A DNA stretch of 64,000 nt from the IMG/VR virus record IMGVR_UViG_3300035152_000026, positions 86,002 to 150,001 of that record; one strand, 5' to 3'. Numbering within the stretch: the first letter of the stretch is position 1; the number at the start of each line of letters is the position of its first letter. The notes below the pieces were generated by a model that had not been told where the DNA came from, did not search any database, and saw nothing but the letters and a program-made list of their open reading frames with translations. The position numbers and the translations under genes are program-made. Positions 54,481-58,902 of this stretch are shown piece by piece. The DNA comes from a virus.

Positions 54481-54484
54481 CTGA

Positions 54485-54558
54485 TCCCTCGTAGCTCAAT
54501 TGGTAGCAGCACCTGGCCGTTAACCAGGGGGTTATCCGTTCAAGTCGGATCGAGGGAG
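54485..54558 (+). tRNA. trnN: tRNA-Asn (GTT), D-stem with a one-base insertion
   Basis: Acceptor TCCCTCG/CGAGGGA, anticodon CCTGG-CCGTTAA-CCAGG, T ATCCG-TTCAAGT-CGGAT. Confidence 0.55.
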
Positions 54559-54626
54559 CTACTGGTAGTCAAAGGAAAGGCCCTCGTTGACTAACGCAGG
54601 ATCGTACTCTCAGGTACCTTAGAGCT

Positions 54627-55136
54627 ATGGAATGCGCCAAGTGCCACGAAGAGTTTCCTACTCGAATAGTCATAGACGGGAAGGTGCGGAACCTGTCGAG
54701 TCGTAGGTACTGCGTTTCCTGCTCCCCATTTGGGGCTAACAATCGGAAGAAGATCCACATCCACGATATAAGACGTAAGCCGACTAGGTGTAGGTTGTGC
54801 TCAGGGAAGCTAGTCCCCGGGAAAGGGGATGTATGCTACACCTGTCGATCTAGGATTAGGCGATATCGGGTGAAGGTTGCGGCTATAACCCTCCTTGGCG
54901 GAAAGTGTCAACGCTGTGGTTTCTCAGGGAGTCCAGCAGCCTTTGAGTTCCACCACAACGGTAAGAAGGACTTTCAGATCAGCGAGAACAGCAACCGAGC
55001 GTGGGCTGTAGTCAAGAAGGAAGTTCTGAAATGCGAACTCCTGTGTTCCAATTGCCATCGACAGGAGCACACTGGAGATAGGGGGGAGGCGTTCCTTCGT
55101 GCCGTAGCGGAGTACAGAGGGATGCCCCTGACCTGA
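54627..55136 (+). CDS. HNH endonuclease inserted in the tRNA array (homing-endonuclease-like)
   Basis: Cys pairs CAKCH/CVSC and CQRCG; FEFHH...CSNCHRQEH is the HNH motif. Local GC is lower than the flanks. Confidence 0.7.
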   Translation: MECAKCHEEFPTRIVIDGKVRNLSSRRYCVSCSPFGANNRKKIHIHDIRRKPTRCRLCSGKLVPGKGDVCYTCRSRIRRYRVKVAAITLLGGKCQRCGFSGSPAAFEFHHNGKKDFQISENSNRAWAVVKKEVLKCELLCSNCHRQEHTGDRGEAFLRAVAEYRGMPLT

Positions 55137-55138
55137 CT

Positions 55139-55209
55139 GGCTTCGTAGTCAAGTGGCAAGGCACGGGTCTGCAAAACCTGTATCGTGGGTTCGACTCCCA
55201 CCGAAGCCT
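55139..55209 (+). tRNA. trnC: tRNA-Cys (GCA)
   Basis: Acceptor GGCTTCG/CGAAGCC, anticodon loop CTGCAAA, T GTGGG-TTCGACT-CCCAC. Confidence 0.6.
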
Positions 55210-55253
55210 CCGCAAAGCAAGCATTCCCAGTGACGAGGGAAAACACGTCCTCT

Positions 55254-55325
55254 GGCCTCGTCTGCTAACGGTCAAGCAGCTGGTCTTTCAAGCCAGCAAT
55301 CCGAGTTCGATTCTCGGCGGGGTCA
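55254..55325 (+). tRNA. trnE: tRNA-Glu (TTC)
   Basis: Acceptor GGCCTCG/CGGGGTC (two G-U pairs), anticodon CTGGT-CTTTCAA-GCCAG, T CCGAG-TTCGATT-CTCGG. Confidence 0.55.
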
Positions 55326-55329
55326 CAAC

Positions 55330-55402
55330 CGGAGCGTAGGGTATTTGGCAACCCGCTTGGTTTGGGACCAAGAGCATGCAGGTTCGAGTCCTGTCGCTCC
55401 GA
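55330..55402 (+). tRNA. trnP: tRNA-Pro (TGG)
   Basis: Acceptor CGGAGCG/CGCTCCG, anticodon CTTGG-TTTGGGA-CCAAG, T GCAGG-TTCGAGT-CCTGT. Confidence 0.7.
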
Positions 55403-55403
55403 C

Positions 55404-55475
55404 CGGGGTGTAGCGAAGCGGTATCGCGCATGGTTCGGGACCATGAGATCGCTGGTTCGATCCCAGCCACTCCGA
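55404..55475 (+). tRNA. trnP: tRNA-Pro (CGG)
   Basis: Acceptor CGGGGTG/CACTCCG, anticodon CATGG-TTCGGGA-CCATG, T GCTGG-TTCGATC-CCAGC. Confidence 0.7.
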
Positions 55476-55479
55476 CTGA

Positions 55480-55550
55480 TCCCCTGTAGCTCAACAGGAG
55501 AGCACTCGCTTGATAAGCGAGAGATGACAGCGCAACTCTGTCCGGGGGAA
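55480..55550 (+). tRNA. trnI: tRNA-Ile (GAT), atypical T-loop CGCAACT
   Basis: Acceptor TCCCCTG/CGGGGGA, anticodon CTCGC-TTGATAA-GCGAG. Confidence 0.55.
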
Positions 55551-55555
55551 CTGAT

Positions 55556-55630
55556 GGTGGGCGTAGCTCAATGGCAGAGCGCGCGGTTGTGGCCCGCGTG
55601 ATGGAAGTTCGATTCTTCTCGCTCACCCCA
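55556..55630 (+). tRNA. trnH: tRNA-His (GTG) with encoded G-1, C73 discriminator and CCA
   Basis: G-1 precedes acceptor GTGGGCG/CGCTCAC. Anticodon CGCGG-TTGTGGC-CCGCG. T GGAAG-TTCGATT-CTTCT. Confidence 0.7.
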
Positions 55631-55644
55631 AGAAGTCATAGTTA

Positions 55645-55680
55645 GAGCGGGAAGTGCAGGTTCGATTCCTGTCGGTTGCG
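55645..55680 (+). pseudogene. orphan tRNA 3' fragment (T-arm GCAGG-TTCGATT-CCTGT plus acceptor-like 3' strand); decayed partial duplicate of the tRNA-Pro(TGG) 3' half
   Basis: AGTGCAGGTTCGATTCCTGTCGGTTGCG vs the Pro 3' half GCATGCAGGTTCGAGTCCTGTCGCTCCG. There is no room for a 5' half after tRNA-His. Confidence 0.4.
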
Positions 55681-55721
55681 GTCGCCGCGCCGTGGTGTAA
55701 CAAGGGAGCACGCTCGCGTTT

Positions 55722-55793
55722 GGAGCTGTAAGCATCTGGTGAGGCTACCGGTCTGTCTAACCGGCGAGGCGGGTTCAATTCCCGTCAGCTCCG
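55722..55793 (+). tRNA. trnD: tRNA-Asp (GTC)
   Basis: Acceptor GGAGCTG/CAGCTCC, anticodon CCGGT-CTGTCTA-ACCGG, T GCGGG-TTCAATT-CCCGT. Confidence 0.65.
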
Positions 55794-55865
55794 CGGCTAG
55801 AGGTGTGGCGCGAAAGCGAAGCCCTAAACCGTCACCTCCGAGCGGGTGCGAGGCCCGCATTTGTT

Positions 55866-55936
55866 GGCCCAGTAGCACAACGGCAGGGCGCTTGCCTTAT
55901 AAGCGAGTGATCTAGGTTCAACTCCTAGCTGGGCTA
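55866..55936 (+). tRNA. tRNA-Ile (TAT) (rare AUA-reading anticodon as encoded)
   Basis: Acceptor GGCCCAG/CTGGGCT, anticodon CTTGC-CTTATAA-GCGAG, T CTAGG-TTCAACT-CCTAG. Confidence 0.5.
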
Positions 55937-55947
55937 CAAATCCGTTT

Positions 55948-56020
55948 GCCACCCAAGCTAACCAAGTGGAAGCGCCGGCCTGAAAAGCCGGAGGGCTCGG
56001 AGCGTTACCGAGGAGTGGCA
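55948..56020 (+). tRNA. tRNA-Phe (GAA)-like with a non-canonical T-loop
   Basis: Acceptor GCCACCC/GAGTGGC (one mismatch), anticodon CCGGC-CTGAAAA-GCCGG (canonical Phe loop), T-like CTCGG-AGCGTTA-CCGAG. Confidence 0.35.
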
Positions 56021-56067
56021 CGGCCAAGAGACGGACGCGTCTCCGAGCGGGTGGAAGGCCCGCACAA

Positions 56068-56139
56068 GGGCCAATAGTGATAAAGGGAACACGCTGCTTT
56101 CGCACGGCAGAGATCTGGGTTCGATTCCCAGTTGGTCCA
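56068..56139 (+). tRNA. trnA: tRNA-Ala (CGC)
   Basis: Acceptor GGGCCAA/TTGGTCC, anticodon CTGCT-TTCGCAC-GGCAG, T CTGGG-TTCGATT-CCCAG. Confidence 0.55.
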
Positions 56140-56306
56140 CAATGCAGGAGCACGTACCTGCCTTGCTGCTGGGCGAACAGACAGCGTAGTCGGGCTTAGC
56201 TAGCTGCGGACTTGCTGGGAGCTTCCAGTATTGGCCTCTGAGGAGGGACGCCTCTGTTCGAGGAGGAGACAAAAACGTGTCGGCGGGGTTAGTTCCTCGT
56301 CGTTAT

Positions 56307-56379
56307 GGGCACCCATGTACCAAGGGGGCGATCTGGCCTTGCAAGCCGGATGTGGTCGGTTCGATCCCGACGGTGTCCA
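56307..56379 (+). tRNA. tRNA-like, Ala (TGC)-type anticodon loop CTTGCAA, irregular D-arm
   Basis: Acceptor GGGCACC/GGTGTCC, T GTCGG-TTCGATC-CCGAC. The D region does not fold canonically. Confidence 0.35.
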
Positions 56380-56403
56380 CGAGCGGGTGGAAGGCCCGCC
56401 TAA

Positions 56404-56475
56404 GGGCTGCTAGTGATAACGGGAACACATCTGGTTTGCACCCAGAAGATCGGGGTTCGATTCCCCGGCGGTCCA
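56404..56475 (+). tRNA. trnA: tRNA-Ala (TGC)
   Basis: Acceptor GGGCTGC/GCGGTCC, anticodon TCTGG-TTTGCAC-CCAGA, T CGGGG-TTCGATT-CCCCG. Confidence 0.55.
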
Positions 56476-56479
56476 CGAC

Positions 56480-56551
56480 GCCCTCGTAGCTCAATGGAGA
56501 GAGCACTCGCCCGGTACGCGAGAGATGACAGTTCGATTCTGTCCTTGGGCT
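56480..56551 (+). tRNA. tRNA-Thr (GGT)-like, two acceptor-stem mismatches
   Basis: D GCTC/GAGC, anticodon CTCGC-CCGGTAC-GCGAG, T GACAG-TTCGATT-CTGTC. Acceptor GCCCTCG vs CTTGGGC. Confidence 0.4.
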
Positions 56552-56558
56552 CTGATTC

Positions 56559-56627
56559 GCCTCTGCCGGTGGAGCCGGACTCCGGGCTACGAACTCGGAA
56601 GACGAGGTTCGATTCCTCGTAGAGGCA
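56559..56627 (+). tRNA. trnR: tRNA-Arg (ACG), compact D-arm (69 nt)
   Basis: Acceptor GCCTCTG/TAGAGGC, anticodon CCGGG-CTACGAA-CTCGG, T CGAGG-TTCGATT-CCTCG. Confidence 0.55.
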
Positions 56628-56631
56628 CGAT

Positions 56632-56699
56632 GCCACTGCTGGTGGAACAGATTCGGGTCTCCTAAACCTGAAGAGATGGTTCGACTCCGTCCAGTGGTA
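56632..56699 (+). tRNA. trnR: tRNA-Arg (CCT), compact D-arm (68 nt)
   Basis: Acceptor GCCACTG/CAGTGGT, anticodon CGGGT-CTCCTAA-ACCTG, T GATGG-TTCGACT-CCGTC. Confidence 0.55.
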
Positions 56700-56702
56700 C
56701 TT

Positions 56703-56770
56703 GCCTCTACTCATGGATGAGGCGCTGCTCTTCTAAAGCAGCTACTCGGGTTCGATTCCTGATGGAGGCG
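56703..56770 (+). tRNA. trnR: tRNA-Arg (TCT), compact D-arm (68 nt)
   Basis: Acceptor GCCTCTA/TGGAGGC, anticodon CTGCT-CTTCTAA-AGCAG, T TCGGG-TTCGATT-CCTGA. Confidence 0.55.
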
Positions 56771-56774
56771 CTTT

Positions 56775-56849
56775 TGCGGGGAGGTTGCTAGTTACCTGTC
56801 AGGTCTCATAAGCCTGACCACGCTGGTGCAATTCCAGCCCCCGCTACCA
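56775..56849 (+). tRNA. trnM: tRNA-Met (CAT) with unpaired 1:72 and encoded CCA, T-loop TGCAATT
   Basis: Acceptor TGCGGGG/CCCCGCT (T-T at 1:72), anticodon CAGGT-CTCATAA-GCCTG. Confidence 0.5.
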
Positions 56850-56923
56850 CGCAGCGACCTACGGGTTAGGCGGCTCGTCTCATAAGCGAGACCGTGAGGG
56901 TCCGATTCCCTCCGCTGCGACCA
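56850..56923 (+). tRNA. tRNA (CAT): elongator Met or Ile2 (lysidine) type
   Basis: Acceptor CGCAGCG/CGCTGCG, anticodon CTCGT-CTCATAA-GCGAG, T GAGGG-TCCGATT-CCCTC, CCA encoded. Confidence 0.55.
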
Positions 56924-56924
56924 C

Positions 56925-56997
56925 GCCGGTCAGCTCACCTGGGGGTGGGACCTGCCTTACAAGCAGGACGCGCTGAGTTCGATTCTCAGGACCGGTA
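56925..56997 (+). tRNA. trnV: tRNA-Val (TAC)
   Basis: Acceptor GCCGGTC/GACCGGT, anticodon CCTGC-CTTACAA-GCAGG, T CTGAG-TTCGATT-CTCAG. Confidence 0.65.
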
Positions 56998-57131
56998 CTG
57001 ATGCGGCCACAGCTAGTCGAAGTTTCGGCAGGGCGGTTGTAGTGACCGTCCCTAGTGGATCGATTCACGGGCTCTAAGGGATTGGAGAGAAGGTCTCCAT
57101 CGGGCGATGGGCTGCATCTTTTGCCTGTGTA

Positions 57132-57205
57132 CCCCAATTGGAAGAGGGAGCGCGCTCAGAACGCGTACAGTGTCAGTTCGAGTCTGACCACAGGTACTCG
57201 CCTCC
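57132..57205 (+). tRNA. tRNA with anticodon CAG (a Leu codon reader) on a class-I scaffold (short variable arm)
   Basis: Acceptor GCCTGTG/CACAGGT, anticodon GCGCG-CTCAGAA-CGCGT, T GTCAG-TTCGAGT-CTGAC. The variable arm is only 4 nt. Confidence 0.45.
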
Positions 57206-57208
57206 GTG

Positions 57209-57279
57209 ATGAAGTGGTGTCATACCTGACCTTTAATCAGGCTACGAGGGTTCGAGTCCTTCCGGGGGCACAAAGCGGG
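57209..57279 (+). tRNA. trnK: tRNA-Lys (TTT)
   Basis: Acceptor GCCTCCG/CGGGGGC, D ATGA/TCAT, anticodon CCTGA-CCTTTAA-TCAGG, T GAGGG-TTCGAGT-CCTTC. Confidence 0.6.
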
Positions 57280-57283
57280 CGTG

Positions 57284-57357
57284 ATGTTCAACGGCCAGCA
57301 TGCGAGGCTTCCAACCTCGTCGTATGGGTTCGAGTCCCATCGTCCGCTCTACTCGGG
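57284..57357 (+). tRNA. trnG: tRNA-Gly (TCC)
   Basis: Acceptor GCGGGCG/CGTCCGC, anticodon CGAGG-CTTCCAA-CCTCG, T ATGGG-TTCGAGT-CCCAT. Confidence 0.65.
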
Positions 57358-57361
57358 GTTG

Positions 57362-57435
57362 ATCCAATGGCAAGATACTCGGCTTTGACCCGAGCAATCT
57401 GGGTTCGAGTCCCAGACCCCGAACCATTCCGGCTT
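57362..57435 (+). tRNA. trnQ: tRNA-Gln (TTG), CCA encoded
   Basis: Acceptor TCGGGGT/ACCCCGA, anticodon CTCGG-CTTTGAC-CCGAG, T CTGGG-TTCGAGT-CCCAG. Confidence 0.65.
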
Positions 57436-57436
57436 C

Positions 57437-57507
57437 GTCTAACGGTAGGACCCACGACTCTGGATCGTGGTATCGGGGTTCGAGTCCCTGAGCCGGAGCT
57501 GCCACCG
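57437..57507 (+). tRNA. trnQ: tRNA-Gln (CTG)
   Basis: Acceptor TCCGGCT/AGCCGGA, anticodon CACGA-CTCTGGA-TCGTG, T CGGGG-TTCGAGT-CCCTG. Confidence 0.65.
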
Positions 57508-57509
57508 TG

Positions 57510-57583
57510 CCCCAATTGGAAGAGGGTCTCGGCTAAGGACCGAGGTGTTGAGAGTTCGAGTCTCTCCGGTGGTACGACGCCCG
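57510..57583 (+). tRNA. tRNA with anticodon AAG (Leu CUN reader if inosine-modified) on a class-I scaffold
   Basis: Acceptor GCCACCG/CGGTGGT, anticodon CTCGG-CTAAGGA-CCGAG, T GAGAG-TTCGAGT-CTCTC. Paralog of the CAG tRNA (shared D region CCCCAATTGGAAGAGGG). Confidence 0.45.
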
Positions 57584-57587
57584 AGTG

Positions 57588-57666
57588 GTGGAAGGGCATA
57601 CACGGCTGGCCTAAACCCAGCTGCTTCGGCGTGAGAGTTCAAATCTCTCCTCGGGCACGATAAGCT
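57588..57666 (+). tRNA. trnL: tRNA-Leu (TAA), class II
   Basis: Acceptor GCCCGAG/CTCGGGC, anticodon GCTGG-CCTAAAC-CCAGC, variable arm TGCTTCGGCGT, T GAGAG-TTCAAAT-CTCTC. Confidence 0.6.
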
Positions 57667-57672
57667 CAGATG

Positions 57673-57752
57673 GTGGAATAGGCATACACGTCCGTCTCAA
57701 AAGCGGATGCTTCGGCGTGAGGGTTCGAGTCCCTCTCTGAGCACGGACAGCA
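57673..57752 (+). tRNA. trnL: tRNA-Leu (CAA), class II
   Basis: Acceptor GCTCAGA/TCTGAGC, anticodon TCCGT-CTCAAAA-GCGGA, variable arm TGCTTCGGCGT, T GAGGG-TTCGAGT-CCCTC. Confidence 0.6.
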
Positions 57753-57770
57753 ACCAGAAAGGAGCGAGTC

Positions 57771-58319
57771 ATGGACACGTTGGTTCTCGATCAGTCCTAC
57801 TTGCCCGTGGCGCGGATCCACTGGCAACGTGCAATCACTTTGCTCTTCCTTGGCAAGGTAGAGGTCGTGGATGAATACACCGACAGAAACATCCGGTCGG
57901 TGACGTTCTCGATCAAGATGCCATCCGTCGTTCGATTCATCACGCGGATGCGACGAAAGAAGCGTGTCGTGAAGTTCTCACGCGAGAACGTCTACACACG
58001 CGATCACGGAAGGTGCCAGTACTGTGGAGATCAAGTGCCACGTCTGGAGGCTACCTATGATCACGTTGTGCCGCGAACGCTCGGCGGGCAAACGACCTGG
58101 GAGAACGTAGTCATCTGTTGCGTAGCGTGCAACCAACAGAAGGGTGGACGAACGCCACAACAAGCCGGCATGCGACTACGATCGAAGCCGGTGAAGCCAA
58201 AGAAGCTGCCTGACGTACACATCACAGTGACGTGGACGCCCGGCATGCCCGAGGCGTGGCGTGCATGGACATGGAAGGTAAACCAGGCGGGGCCTGGGCC
58301 TGCCTCGAAAGCAGCGTGA
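57771..58319 (+). CDS. HNH endonuclease (HNHc domain) inserted in the tRNA array
   Basis: CQYCG...YDHVVPRTLGG...NVVICCVACNQQKG is the canonical HNH motif. Confidence 0.75.
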   Translation: MDTLVLDQSYLPVARIHWQRAITLLFLGKVEVVDEYTDRNIRSVTFSIKMPSVVRFITRMRRKKRVVKFSRENVYTRDHGRCQYCGDQVPRLEATYDHVVPRTLGGQTTWENVVICCVACNQQKGGRTPQQAGMRLRSKPVKPKKLPDVHITVTWTPGMPEAWRAWTWKVNQAGPGPASKAA

Positions 58320-58363
58320 GCGCAAGCTTGGGGATCGAGACCTCTGCCTTCCGCATGCAGTTG

Positions 58364-58447
58364 GAGAATGAATCAGGTGTGGACCTGAGCCCGGTTGGAA
58401 ACCGGTGCGTGCGCAGCTGCGCATAGTGTTCGACTCACTCGTTCTCC
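58364..58447 (+). tRNA. trnS: tRNA-Ser (GGA), class II
   Basis: Acceptor GAGAATG/CGTTCTC, D TCAG/CTGA, anticodon loop TTGGAAA, palindromic variable arm GCGCAGCTGCGC, T AGTG-TTCGACT-CACT. Confidence 0.5.
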
Positions 58448-58525
58448 GCCGGTTCGGTAGTAAAGCATTCGGTTACTTCGCTTGAGGAGCGAGAGATGTT
58501 GGTTCGACTCCAACCCGGGTTACCG
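58448..58525 (+). tRNA. tRNA-like with anticodon loop TTGAGGA (GAG) and canonical T-arm GTTGG-TTCGACT-CCAAC; no acceptor pairing found
   Basis: The T-arm and an anticodon arm TTCGC-TTGAGGA-GCGAG are clear. The 3' strand CCGGGTT has no complementary 5' partner. Confidence 0.3.
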
Positions 58526-58582
58526 GTGGTGTAATGGCAACACGCTAAACAAACCGAGCGCATCGTTCTCCGAACCACTTTT

Positions 58583-58665
58583 GGAAGCGCTAGCCGACAG
58601 GTGACGGCACTCGGCTTGAACCCGAGCGAGCATATGCCTTGGGGGTTCGATTCCCTCCGCTTCCG
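58583..58665 (+). tRNA. trnS: tRNA-Ser (TGA), class II
   Basis: Acceptor GGAAGCG/CGCTTCC, anticodon CTCGG-CTTGAAC-CCGAG, variable arm containing GCATATGC, T GGGGG-TTCGATT-CCCTC. Confidence 0.6.
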
Positions 58666-58675
58666 CTTTCGCCCT

Positions 58676-58759
58676 GGAAGGTAAATTCGTGGTGGCGCGA
58701 AGCCCGGCTGCTAACCGGTGCGTCCCTGACGGGATCAGGTTCGACTCCTGTACCTTCCG
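58676..58759 (+). tRNA. trnS: tRNA-Ser (GCT), class II
   Basis: Acceptor GGAAGGT/ACCTTCC, anticodon loop CTGCTAA, long variable arm, T TCAGG-TTCGACT-CCTGT. Confidence 0.55.
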
Positions 58760-58819
58760 CGGCTAACCCAACGCAATAGAGTCCTAACCGTGCAGAATCG
58801 TTGTTGATTGTCGTGTAAG

Positions 58820-58902
58820 AAAAATCGCGTCTGCGAATCGAATATTCCCGCCCGCGTAGCGTCATACTCCTGACGGTCCCCGAGGGGACGAAGGAGAGGC
58901 AG
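58820..58902 (+). promoter_or_regulatory. conserved ~80-bp leader (palindrome copy 7 ATCGCGTCTGCGAAT at 58824-58838, CCCCGAGGGG element, AAGGAG Shine-Dalgarno) upstream of the SNF2 helicase gene. Paralogous to 22619-22700.
   Basis: See the alignment described for 22619-22700. Confidence 0.5.

Noticed and set aside
53763-57642. Minus-strand ORFs across the tRNA array (e.g. 54065-54499, 55288-55626, 55824-56153, 57242-57599)
   Set aside because: They overlap tightly packed plus-strand tRNA genes. Their translations are Gly/Arg/Pro-rich reverse complements of tRNA stems.
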